Assembly: GCA_023247755.1 (NCBI GenBank)
Contig: JAHFFX010000003.1
Location: 1-34,157 of the forward strand
DNA: 34,157 nt
Direction: 5' to 3'
From: Candidatus Omnitrophota bacterium
Lineage (GTDB): Bacteria; Omnitrophota; Gorgyraeia; Zapsychrales; JAHFFX01
Within the stretch, counting starts at the first letter, position 1; each line of letters begins with the position of its first letter. Both the position numbers and the translations under genes were made by a program. This document shows positions 1 to 8,384 of the stretch, one piece after another. The notes under the pieces were generated by a model, which was given only the letters and a program-made list of their open reading frames with translations, did no database searches and was not told the origin of the DNA.

Positions 1-245
1 GGAACGACCTCCTGCAGCGAGGGGTCGATCTTATATTTGGTCAGGTTGATCGAAGGGATGTGCAGTTCTTTGACCAAAAGAAGCAGCAATTCCTTTTCGT
101 TGATCAAGCCTTTTTCGATGAGCGCCCGGTCAATGCTCATGCCTTTGGAGCGCTGCAGGCCCAAGGCCTCCTCGATCTCGGAACGCTTGAGCCCTTTGAG
201 GTCCATCAGGGCCCGGATGATCTTCTCTTTATGGGTTTCGCTCAT
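1..245 (-). CDS. N-terminus of a second PilB/GspE-family (MshEN-domain) protein, truncated by the window edge
   Basis: Not in the ORF track; translated by hand from ATG at 245: MSETHKEKIIRALMDLKGLKRSEIEEALGLQRSKGMSIDRALIEKGLINEKELLLLLVKELHIPSINLTKYKIDPSLQEVV, which parallels the N-terminus of the adjacent PilB (..LGLPPIDISRLKIDPSVVKII). Open to position 1. Confidence 0.8.
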   Translation of the reverse strand, partial: MSETHKEKIIRALMDLKGLKRSEIEEALGLQRSKGMSIDRALIEKGLINEKELLLLLVKELHIPSINLTKYKIDPSLQEVV

Positions 246-286
246 GTGTGTTCATTTGAAACGTGAAGATTCCTCGGGAAATGCCC

Positions 287-315
287 GGCGGGCCCCGCCT
301 TGGGCGGGGCCCGCC
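287..315. repeat. Perfect 13-bp GC-rich palindrome (REP-like), GGCGGGCCCCGCC-TTG-GGCGGGGCCCGCC
   Basis: Arms 287-299 and 303-315 are exact reverse complements; shares the core CCCCGCC-N3-GGCGGGG with the hairpin at 7452-7480; no convincing U-tract. Confidence 0.85.
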
Positions 316-324
316 CGCCAAAGA

Positions 325-2079
325 TCAGACCTTTTCATCCGGAGCGGTCACTCGCAGCACTTCTTCCAAAGAGGTCAGACCCTCCAGGGCCTTTCCAACA
401 GCGTCCTCCCGCATGGTGATCATGCCTTCCTGACGACCGGCTTCCTTGATCTTATACTCGCCGGCGCGCGCCAGGATCAGTTCTTTGACCTTGGGTGTCA
501 ACACCAGGATCTCACTGATCCCGAGCCGTCCGGCATAACCGGTATTGAAACAGGTCTTGCACCCCTTTCCACGGTAGAACTTTGTATCGGCACTCTGTAC
601 CAACCTGCCCAAATTCATCTTTTCCATGACTTCCCTGGTAAGTTTATATTCTTCTTTGCAATGCGAACAGACCTTGCGGATCAGACGCTGGGCGAGAACG
701 GCAATGGTCGAGGAGCAGATCAGGAACGGCTCGGTCCCCATGTTCATCATGCGGATGATGGAACCCGCCGCCGTGGTCGTGTGCAGGGAACTGAGGACCA
801 GGTGCCCCGTCAAGGCGGCCTTGACGGCAATATCGAGAGTTTCCGTGTCGCGGATCTCCCCGATGAGAATGATGTCGGGGTCCTGCCGCAGGATGGAACG
901 CAGGGCGGCGGCGAAGGTGAGCCCCACGCCGGGCCAGACGTTGACCTGGTTGATCCCCTCGAGCTGGTATTCCACCGGATCCTCGACGGTGACGATGTTC
1001 TTGCCCGGTGAGTCCACGAACTTAAGGATCGAATAAAGCGTCGTCGTTTTCCCCGAACCCGTGGGGCCGCAGGCCAGGATCATGCCATGGGGACGCTGCG
1101 AACATTCCTTGATCCGGGCGAGGTCCTCTTTGGTGTAGCCCAGTTTGACCAGGTCGAGCATGCCGGCGTTCTTATCAAGGATCCTCAGGACCACCTTCTC
1201 CCCCTGGATCGTGGGAAGAACGCTCACGCGGAAATCCACTTCCTTATCGCCGTCGATGATGGTGCGGAACCGTCCGTCCTGAGGCAGACGGTGCTCGGAA
1301 ATATCGAGCGTGGAAATGACCTTGATGCGGGAAACGATGGGAAAATGCAGGACCTTCGACATCTGGTCGATCTCCCGGATGATGCCGTCGATCCGGTAAC
1401 GGATGCGCAGCGATTTCTCCAGCGGCTCGATGAACACGTCGCTCGCTTTGGCGAGAACCGCCTGCTTGATGATGACATCCGTCAGCTTGATGATGGGCGC
1501 TTCCTGGCTCAGGTTCTCGATCGTGGACTTGTCCATCTCGGTCGCCGCTTCCTTGATGAGTTCCATCTCTTCAGCGTCCTTGATGTCCTTCATGATCTCT
1601 TCGAATTTCTCGGTCGTCTCGGTCTCCTGGCCGGGCTCGGGAACGACCTGGGCATAATATGTCTGAACGGCTTTCATGATGTCGCTCACCCGCCCGATGA
1701 TGGGCGTGATGCGCAGGCCCGTAAGGGCCACCACACTGTCGATGGCAAAGATATTGAGGGGGTCGGACATCGCGAGCGTCAATTGGTCCCCCATCTTGGA
1801 AATAGGCATGACCTGATACTTGACGGCGATGGCCTGGGGGATGATCTTGACGACGGAAGGGTCGATCTTTAGCCGCGAGATGTCGATGGGGGGAAGACCC
1901 AGGCTCTCGCTCAGCAACATGGTGAGATCGTCTTCGCTGATCAGCTTGAGTTGCACAAGGATCTTGCCCAGCGCTTCTCCGGTGCGTTTCTGTTCGGCGA
2001 CGGCCCGATCAAGGTCCTCCGGCTTGATGAGCTTATCCCGCAGCAAGATCTCTTTGATGCGGTCCTTGAGGGAAAACAT
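325..2079 (-). CDS. pilB: Type IV pilus / T2SS assembly ATPase PilB/GspE
   Basis: 584 aa; MshEN-like N-terminus, Walker A GPTGSGKTTT, Asp box TVEDPVE, LRQDPDIILIGEIRD, His box GHLVLSSLHT, tetracysteine motif CSHC...CKTC. Confidence 0.93.
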   Translation of the reverse strand: MFSLKDRIKEILLRDKLIKPEDLDRAVAEQKRTGEALGKILVQLKLISEDDLTMLLSESLGLPPIDISRLKIDPSVVKIIPQAIAVKYQVMPISKMGDQLTLAMSDPLNIFAIDSVVALTGLRITPIIGRVSDIMKAVQTYYAQVVPEPGQETETTEKFEEIMKDIKDAEEMELIKEAATEMDKSTIENLSQEAPIIKLTDVIIKQAVLAKASDVFIEPLEKSLRIRYRIDGIIREIDQMSKVLHFPIVSRIKVISTLDISEHRLPQDGRFRTIIDGDKEVDFRVSVLPTIQGEKVVLRILDKNAGMLDLVKLGYTKEDLARIKECSQRPHGMILACGPTGSGKTTTLYSILKFVDSPGKNIVTVEDPVEYQLEGINQVNVWPGVGLTFAAALRSILRQDPDIILIGEIRDTETLDIAVKAALTGHLVLSSLHTTTAAGSIIRMMNMGTEPFLICSSTIAVLAQRLIRKVCSHCKEEYKLTREVMEKMNLGRLVQSADTKFYRGKGCKTCFNTGYAGRLGISEILVLTPKVKELILARAGEYKIKEAGRQEGMITMREDAVGKALEGLTSLEEVLRVTAPDEKV

Positions 2080-2531
2080 TATTTGGGTTTACCGTAGTAT
2101 TTATTGACGGTGCTGCGGATATCCGTTGCGGTGCTGACGAACGTCTGAACGACGCACCCGGTGATCAGCTCCACGTCCTCCACCGCCTGGACATTGAGGG
2201 GATCGGCCATGGCAAGCGTGAGGCTCTTGCCGATCTTGTCAATCGGCACCAGGCAGAATTGACGGCAGACGTTCTCGGGCACGGAATTGATGACGTCCTG
2301 ATCGATCTCATAATTGGCCAGGGGAAGATAGGGAAAGCCGTACTGCGAGGTCAACGCCTGCGCGATGTCCTCTTCGGAAGCGAACTTGAGCGTGACCAGA
2401 ACTTCGCCGAAGAGCCCGCCCTTCTCTTTCTGATAATTGAGGGCCATCTCAAGCTGATCATGCGTGATGACGCCGCGCTCGATGAGGAGCTCGCCCAGAT
2501 GCTTGTTGGTGGCTTTTTTAAAATGTTTCAT
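2079..2531 (-). CDS. Stand-alone MshEN / T2SSE N-terminal domain protein
   Basis: 150 aa; HLGELLIERGVITHDQLEMALNYQ...LFGEVLVTLKFASEEDIAQALTSQ followed by LTLAMADPLN; no ATPase domain; stop overlaps the pilB start by 1 nt. Confidence 0.88.
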   Translation of the reverse strand: MKHFKKATNKHLGELLIERGVITHDQLEMALNYQKEKGGLFGEVLVTLKFASEEDIAQALTSQYGFPYLPLANYEIDQDVINSVPENVCRQFCLVPIDKIGKSLTLAMADPLNVQAVEDVELITGCVVQTFVSTATDIRSTVNKYYGKPK

Positions 2532-2592
2532 TTTATGGAACCAGCAAAGTGCTTTCGTGCCCGTGGGACTTAAGGAGCGGCACCGATCCGCC

Positions 2593-4026
2593 TCAGACCT
2601 TATAACAGATCCGGTTACCGCCCTGGCTTTCGGCTCCTTTGAGGATCTCCCGTCCTTTTTCGATCAGTTCATCGGCGGTCACCCCGTCCAGGGGATTTTC
2701 GGTGACCGCTCCCGTGCAGGTCAAGCGGTTCTTGGGCTCCTTTTCCTGGGAGAAAAGACCTTCGATCTTGCGGCGGACATTATCCGCAACGACGATGGAT
2801 TGCCGCTTGTTTTTTTCCGGAAGGATGATCGCGAATTCGTGGTCGCCGAATCGGGCCGCCTTGTCGGTCTCCGATATGCTCTCCTTAAGGACATTGCCGA
2901 TCTTAATAAGAATGTTCTCGGCGGCGATATTGCCGTGCGACTCATGATAGCCGCTGAAATTGTCGATGGTGAGCAAGAGCAAAGAACAAGGTCTTTGAAA
3001 ACTTGCCGCCCGCTTGATCTCCTCATTGAGCCGGTTGCGCAGATACGACTGGTTGAACAACCCGGTCAGCCGGTCCTTCACTTCCAACTTTTGGATCTCC
3101 CTTTGAAGAAGATCGTTGGTGTAGGCGATCGCGATCTGCCGGGCCACCACCTGCACCAGCTCATGTTCGGACTTGGAAAAAACGAAAGCGGGACTGTCGT
3201 TGCCGGCCACGAGCAATCCGTAGACGTTCCCCTTGGAATTGATCGGGACCAGGATCGCGTTGGACATCCCGAAGAGCGACCGGAACTGTTCGATCTCGGA
3301 GTTGGAAGTCGTTTCCTTGTCAATGACCATCGGAGATTGCTTAAGCAGGGCCTTTCCAAGTATCCCTTCCCCGAAACGGACGGTCGTGTTCTTGATCCCT
3401 TTTTCCAACAATTCGGAGGCCCTTGCTCCGGAAATGAAATGGACCTGGAATTCACTGGAATCAAGGTCCTTGAGGATCATGCAACCCTGGTTCAGGATCC
3501 CGGAAGAAAGGCACTTCCCCACTCCCACCTCAACGACCTCCTTGAACTGGGCGTTCTGGGAGATGAGATTGCTGATCTGCAATAAGTTCGAAAGCGTCAG
3601 GATCCGCTTGTTGATCTCCGTGTTGATCTGTTCGGTGGTCTGGCTGAATTTCTTGAGCTCTTCGACATTCTCCCGCATCCGCCGGGTCATGCGGTTGATG
3701 GCTTGCCCCAGCTCCCCGATCTCATCGTCCCGGAACAGTTCGATGTCGCGGTTAAAATCTCCGTCAGCGATGTGTTTCGCTTCCCGGCTTAACTTCAGGA
3801 CCGGATCCAGGATGCGCCAAATGATCAGGAAACCAAGACCGACGATCAGGAAAATGATCCCGATGATGGTCGTCATGGAACTACGCGTCTCAAAAAAGGA
3901 ATTGACGCCCGGGAAGAGGTAGGCCAAGAAGACCAGAAGGCAGAGCAAGATCAATCCGAAGGCAACGACGACCTCATTCCTAACCCCATTTGTGCTCAGC
4001 GACTTACGCCCAATCACAGTTTTCAT
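2593..4026 (-). CDS. Membrane HAMP-GAF-GGDEF protein with a degenerate GGDEF motif
   Basis: Two N-terminal hydrophobic helices, HAMP (DEIGELGQAINRM), GAF-like region, DRLTGLFN, and ARFGDHEF in place of RxGG(D/E)EF. Start moved from 4047 to ATG 4026, which follows GGGGGAAGGA. Confidence 0.85.
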   Translation of the reverse strand: MKTVIGRKSLSTNGVRNEVVVAFGLILLCLLVFLAYLFPGVNSFFETRSSMTTIIGIIFLIVGLGFLIIWRILDPVLKLSREAKHIADGDFNRDIELFRDDEIGELGQAINRMTRRMRENVEELKKFSQTTEQINTEINKRILTLSNLLQISNLISQNAQFKEVVEVGVGKCLSSGILNQGCMILKDLDSSEFQVHFISGARASELLEKGIKNTTVRFGEGILGKALLKQSPMVIDKETTSNSEIEQFRSLFGMSNAILVPINSKGNVYGLLVAGNDSPAFVFSKSEHELVQVVARQIAIAYTNDLLQREIQKLEVKDRLTGLFNQSYLRNRLNEEIKRAASFQRPCSLLLLTIDNFSGYHESHGNIAAENILIKIGNVLKESISETDKAARFGDHEFAIILPEKNKRQSIVVADNVRRKIEGLFSQEKEPKNRLTCTGAVTENPLDGVTADELIEKGREILKGAESQGGNRICYKV

Positions 4027-4067
4027 TCCTTCCCCCCATCGTTTCATCCTCCGCTCATTTTCGAATC

Positions 4068-4096
4068 ATTTTACTATACAGAAAATCAATAAACAA
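4068..4096 (-). promoter_or_regulatory. Possible sigma70-type promoter for the GGDEF-MshEN-pilB operon
   Basis: TTGTTT-N17-TAAAAT on the minus strand in an AT-rich intergenic region. Confidence 0.35.
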
Positions 4097-4131
4097 ATAT
4101 AGTTTCTTCTATTTCTCGATATAATTATACA

Positions 4132-5238
4132 TTAAAAAATGTTTCTTCTGCGGCTCAAGCTCAGCAGGAATCCCAGCAGGATGGCAAAAACGAGGAAGGA
4201 CGTCCGTCCGTAACTGATGAACGGCAGCGTGATCCCCACCACCGGACACAGTCCGATCACCATGCCGATATTGATAAAGACCTGCAGCATCAGGATCCCC
4301 ACGATCCCGACCGCGACCAACCGGCCGAAATTGTCCTTGGTGTGTTCAGCGATATCAAGTCCGGCGCGCACCACCATGAAATAGCAATAGACGAGCGCCA
4401 GGGCCCCCACCAGCCCCCATTCCTCCCCGATCACCGAAAAAATGAAATCCGTATGCCGCTCCGGCAGAAAATTGAGTTGGTTCTGCGTTCCGGAGAGCCA
4501 GCCTTTTCCCCATAAGCCGCCCGATCCGACCGCTATCTTGGACTGAATGATGGTATAACCAGCACCCAAGGGATCGATGTTCGGGTTCAAGAACACCAGC
4601 AGCCGGTCCTTCTGATATTGCTTCATGACGCACCACAGCAGAGGAAGGCCGGCGGCCGAGACGCCCAGGAGCCATCCCAGATATTGGAATTCCAATCCGC
4701 TCATGAAGATCATGATCAAGAAAATTCCCATCAGCAGTATCGCCGTTCCCAGATCCGGCTGCTTGAAGATCAATAGAACCGGAACGACCGTCAGCAACAA
4801 CGGAAGGATGAGGTTGCGCCAGAGCCCTCTTGACACGCTGACCAGATCGAACGACAACGCCGGCCGGCGGGTGCTTAAATACCTTCCCAGCAGGAGGATC
4901 AGGGAAAGCTTCATCAATTCCGACGGCTGAAAGCTCAATCCTCCCAATTCGATCCAGCGGCGCGCTCCCAGGGCATGGCGACCCGCCACGTGCACCCCGA
5001 CCAGCAAGGCCAGGTTGATGGCGAACAGGACATAAGCGACATCATAAAATTTCCTATAATCCCGACGGCTGATCCAGTACATGATCAGCACCGCCAGCCC
5101 CACGAAGGTCAGCTGATCGTAGAAGACCTGCGAACTTACGCGCAGGTTATCGTAAGAAGCGCTGTAAAGCGAGACCAGGCCGAAGGCCATGATCAACAGC
5201 GCATGGATCCAGATCGTTCGATTCCATTGCTTGTTCAT
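4132..5238 (-). CDS. rodA: Rod shape-determining peptidoglycan glycosyltransferase RodA
   Basis: SEDS motifs GARRWI, FQPSELMK, QPDLGTA, FLPERHTDFIF, GITLPFISYG; directly after mrdA. Confidence 0.95.
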   Translation of the reverse strand: MNKQWNRTIWIHALLIMAFGLVSLYSASYDNLRVSSQVFYDQLTFVGLAVLIMYWISRRDYRKFYDVAYVLFAINLALLVGVHVAGRHALGARRWIELGGLSFQPSELMKLSLILLLGRYLSTRRPALSFDLVSVSRGLWRNLILPLLLTVVPVLLIFKQPDLGTAILLMGIFLIMIFMSGLEFQYLGWLLGVSAAGLPLLWCVMKQYQKDRLLVFLNPNIDPLGAGYTIIQSKIAVGSGGLWGKGWLSGTQNQLNFLPERHTDFIFSVIGEEWGLVGALALVYCYFMVVRAGLDIAEHTKDNFGRLVAVGIVGILMLQVFINIGMVIGLCPVVGITLPFISYGRTSFLVFAILLGFLLSLSRRRNIF

Positions 5239-6954
5239 TTACAGGAGGTCCTCTTGTCGCATCCGCACCAGCAGGTCCTTCGCCACATCGACGGCATTGG
5301 CGCTGGAGCCGCCATATTCGAGAAAAATGCAAAAGGCGATCCGTCTCGTCTCGGATTCGGCATAACCAACGAACCAGGCATGATGCTCCCGGTCGCCCGA
5401 GGTCTGCGCGGTCCCCGTCTTGCCGGCGACCCGCAGCCCTTTGATGTCCAACGCATGCGCGGTGCCTTCTTCATCGGTGACCGTCGCGCGTAAGCCCCGC
5501 AACACGTCTGCAAAGCTCTTGGCCTTGAACTGGACCGTGTGCCGCAACGGATGCTGGTCGACCCGCTGGGCCCCGATGCTCAAAACGACATGCGGCCGGA
5601 CGTCCCGGCCCTCATTGGCGACGATGGCCATCAGGCGCACCAGCTGCAACGGGGTGGCGAGGACATCGCCCTGGCCGATGGACAAGTTCAATGTATCTCC
5701 CTTGAACCAACCCTGGTTGCGGCTGACCTTTCTTTGTAACGGGCTGGGAACGGTCCCCCCGGCCTCGTGAGGAAGATCGATATAAGTAGGATGCCCCAAC
5801 CCCAAGAGCCGCGCGTAACGATCCATCTCCGCGGCCCCCACCATCAGGCCCAGATGAAAGAAATACACATTGCACGAATGCGCGATCCCTTCGATGAGGT
5901 TCTGCACGCCGTGGGTATGCGCGCAGCGGAATTGTTGTCTTCCGACGGCATAAAACCCGGGACAATCGAAAGAGGTTGCCGGCGTGATCTTGTTGCTCTC
6001 CAGCCCCGCGAGACTGACCACGATCTTAAAAATGGAACCGGGCGGGTATTGGCCGTTCACCGCCCGGTTCAACAGGGGCGAATCGGGGTTCGAGAACACG
6101 TCCGCCGTCTCATTCCCGTCCGTCCGGCGGGAGAACATATTGGGATCAAAACCGGGGAAGCTCACCATGGAAAGTATTCCACCATCGGAGAGGTCCATGA
6201 CGATGATGGCGCCGTTCTTGCCCGCCAGCAGGTCCGCGGACATCGTCTGCAGGCGATGGTCCAAAGTGAGCGTAACGTCCTCGCCTCCGGCGGGACTGCG
6301 CAGGCCCAGCAATCGCACTTGCTGGCCGCGGCTGTTGACCTCGATCTGCAAGCCCCCGGGCTTGCCTCGCAAAAACTGGTTGTAATACTCCTCCACCCCG
6401 GATTTTCCAACGAGGCTCAACGGAGTGTATCCGTACTCCTTCATCTTTTCCAGGTCCAGGAGATCGGCCTTTCCCACATACCCCAGCACATGGGCGAACG
6501 TCTCGGAGAACGGATAAAAACGCCGGAAACTTTCTTCGATCAGGAGCCCCGGGAAACGGAACTTGTTCTCCTCCAGCTTCACCGCGATCTCTTCGGAGAG
6601 GTCTTCTTGGATCACAACGGGCGCGAAGGGGGCGAACTTTCCGGCCTGATATCTCCGGAAAAGCACTTGCGGGTCCTCCCCGAAGACCTGCCCCAAGAAG
6701 GAGAACAATTCCTTTTCATTGCGGACCTCCTGAGGGATGACGGAAGCGCAGAATGACAATCGGTTGTCCGCAATGATCTTTCCATTGCGATCCAGGACCC
6801 GTCCGCGTTTTCCTTCGAGAGGGACCACCCGGATGCGGTTATTGCGGCTCAGATCGAAGAAATACCGGTGGCGCACCACCTGCAGATAGGCAAGCTCGCA
6901 GGCCAGCAGCCCCAGCAGCCCCAGGGAGATCAAACGGATAATTTTAATACGCAT
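5239..6954 (-). CDS. mrdA: Penicillin-binding protein 2
   Basis: RGRVLDRNG dimerisation domain; transpeptidase motifs SIFK, SCN, KTG; mre operon context. Confidence 0.95.
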   Translation of the reverse strand: MRIKIIRLISLGLLGLLACELAYLQVVRHRYFFDLSRNNRIRVVPLEGKRGRVLDRNGKIIADNRLSFCASVIPQEVRNEKELFSFLGQVFGEDPQVLFRRYQAGKFAPFAPVVIQEDLSEEIAVKLEENKFRFPGLLIEESFRRFYPFSETFAHVLGYVGKADLLDLEKMKEYGYTPLSLVGKSGVEEYYNQFLRGKPGGLQIEVNSRGQQVRLLGLRSPAGGEDVTLTLDHRLQTMSADLLAGKNGAIIVMDLSDGGILSMVSFPGFDPNMFSRRTDGNETADVFSNPDSPLLNRAVNGQYPPGSIFKIVVSLAGLESNKITPATSFDCPGFYAVGRQQFRCAHTHGVQNLIEGIAHSCNVYFFHLGLMVGAAEMDRYARLLGLGHPTYIDLPHEAGGTVPSPLQRKVSRNQGWFKGDTLNLSIGQGDVLATPLQLVRLMAIVANEGRDVRPHVVLSIGAQRVDQHPLRHTVQFKAKSFADVLRGLRATVTDEEGTAHALDIKGLRVAGKTGTAQTSGDREHHAWFVGYAESETRRIAFCIFLEYGGSSANAVDVAKDLLVRMRQEDLL

Positions 6955-7415
6955 TTTTTGAAGAGACGGAACATCGCCTCGGCGATCAACGTTGTGGTGA
7001 TGACCTCGGGGACCAGAACATAAAGAATGACGGAATTAAAAGCCAGGTCGGTGAAAAGAACGAACACCCCGTACAGCACGAGCCCATAGATCAGCGTCAC
7101 CAGGAACACCACGAACGCCCGCAGCGATCTGTAACCCATGTGGAACAGATACCTTTTGACGAAGTTCGTCAGAAAAGCGCACACCATCAGGGCGAACATG
7201 TTGGCCCCGAAAGGACCGACGGAAATGCTGTCCTTGAACAGACCGCAGAACAAGGCCGCCACCAGACTGTAGCGGACCCCCCAGGTGAGACTGAAATAAA
7301 CGACGGGCAAGAGGGTCACCGCGGGCTTAATGAGGCCGCCGCCCACGTTGAACAGGACGAACTCCAGAAGAAAGCTGAGATAGGAAATCAGGAGAATGAG
7401 GAAAATACGCCGCAT
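6930..7415 (-). CDS. mreD: Rod shape-determining protein MreD
   Basis: 161-aa multi-pass hydrophobic protein with GLFKD motif between mreC and mrdA. Confidence 0.88.
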   Translation of the reverse strand: MRRIFLILLISYLSFLLEFVLFNVGGGLIKPAVTLLPVVYFSLTWGVRYSLVAALFCGLFKDSISVGPFGANMFALMVCAFLTNFVKRYLFHMGYRSLRAFVVFLVTLIYGLVLYGVFVLFTDLAFNSVILYVLVPEVITTTLIAEAMFRLFKKCVLKLSV

Positions 7416-7433
7416 GGGAAATTTTTCTTAAAC

Positions 7434-7582
7434 GAGGGACGTTGGACGTCCGCGCGACCCCGCCGTTGGCGGGGTCGCGCTCAGACGTAGGACGTAAGAA
7501 ATTGAACGTCGCTACATTCGACAACTCACGTCCGACGTCCCAGCGAACGAAGCGAGCGGACGTCACACGTCCAACGTCCTTC
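7434..7582. repeat. Gene-less inverted heptamer-array element (unit GGACGTN / NACGTCC) between mreC and mreD
   Basis: Left GGACGTT GGACGTC [insert] AGACGTA GGACGTA; right CACGTCC GACGTCC [insert] GACGTCA CACGTCC AACGTCC; outer ends 7434-7449 and 7567-7582 are 15/16 inverted matches. Confidence 0.85.
7452..7480. repeat. Perfect 13-bp GC-rich palindrome GCGCGACCCCGCC-GTT-GGCGGGGTCGCGC (REP-like) inside the heptamer array
   Basis: Arms 7452-7464 and 7468-7480 are exact reverse complements; TC occurs on both sides (7449-7450 and 7481-7482). Confidence 0.85.
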
Positions 7583-7586
7583 AGAT

Positions 7587-8369
7587 CTACTTTTGTATCA
7601 CCAGCACCTGCTCCAGCTGGGATAGGTCCACCGCCGGTTCAAGCAGCCATTCCACCGAAGAAGAACCGGGATTCTCCTCAAGGCCGATCACCTTGCCGAT
7701 AAGCAGCCCCTCCGGAAAAGCGGAGCTCATCTGCGAGGTGATGACCGGGTCGCCCACTTCCACATCGGCGTTCTCAGGAAGATACCGTAACCGGCACATG
7801 CCTTTGAGCGAACCGGAGATGAGACACCCCTCGCGGCTGCGCTGGACCAGGGCGGCCACGCTAAAGCTCGGGTCATTGACCATGATTACTTTGGAATTCT
7901 TACCGCTCACCTCCGCGATCTTGCCGACCACCCCGGACTCGTTGACCACGGGCATGCCGACGCGAATGCCTTGGCTCTCGCCGCGGTCGAGGATGATCGC
8001 GGAGTTCCAGTTGGTGGGATCCCGGCCGATGACATTGGCCGCCACCGAACTGAAGACGAGATCATTCTTGAAGTTCAAAAGTTTCTTTAAACGGTTGTTC
8101 TCCCGCAAGACCTCTTCCTGCCCGATCAACCTTGAGTGAAGGGCGCCGATCTCCCTTTGCAGGGAAACATAACGGGCATAGGTCGCGTGGTAGTGGAAAA
8201 GCTTGCGCGCTTCCTGTAATGGCCAGGAAAAGAATTTCCAAGGGCCTACGGTGAGGTCGTTAACGGAGGCTTTGATCGGGTTGAACTGGGAAGGGGAAGC
8301 GAAAATAAGGAACGCGGGAAAAGCGATTATGGCGAGGTAGACTAAAAGCTTTTTGTATTTCTTCGACAC
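7587..8369 (-). CDS. mreC: Rod shape-determining protein MreC
   Basis: TM helix, coiled coil (ENNRLKKLL), ILDRGESQGI, GVVGKI, VITS...FPEGLLIG; follows mreB. Confidence 0.94.
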   Translation of the reverse strand: MSKKYKKLLVYLAIIAFPAFLIFASPSQFNPIKASVNDLTVGPWKFFSWPLQEARKLFHYHATYARYVSLQREIGALHSRLIGQEEVLRENNRLKKLLNFKNDLVFSSVAANVIGRDPTNWNSAIILDRGESQGIRVGMPVVNESGVVGKIAEVSGKNSKVIMVNDPSFSVAALVQRSREGCLISGSLKGMCRLRYLPENADVEVGDPVITSQMSSAFPEGLLIGKVIGLEENPGSSSVEWLLEPAVDLSQLEQVLVIQK

Positions 8370-8384
8370 ACGTTAAGCGATTGA

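Noticed and set aside
287-315. Rho-independent terminator after pilB
   Set aside because: No U-tract on either strand, and the same core recurs inside the array at 7452, favouring a dispersed repeat.
37-3585. Long plus-strand ORFs (37-1011, 1087-1872, 2464-3585) and similar antisense ORFs throughout the window
   Set aside because: Shadow frames opposite well-supported genes, expected at high GC; no recognisable motifs.
2593-4026. Active diguanylate cyclase
   Set aside because: The signature reads FGDHEF and the first metal-binding Asp region is altered.
7327-7702. Small ORFs across the mreC-mreD gap
   Set aside because: Their low-complexity translations derive from the heptamer repeats, and they overlap real genes.
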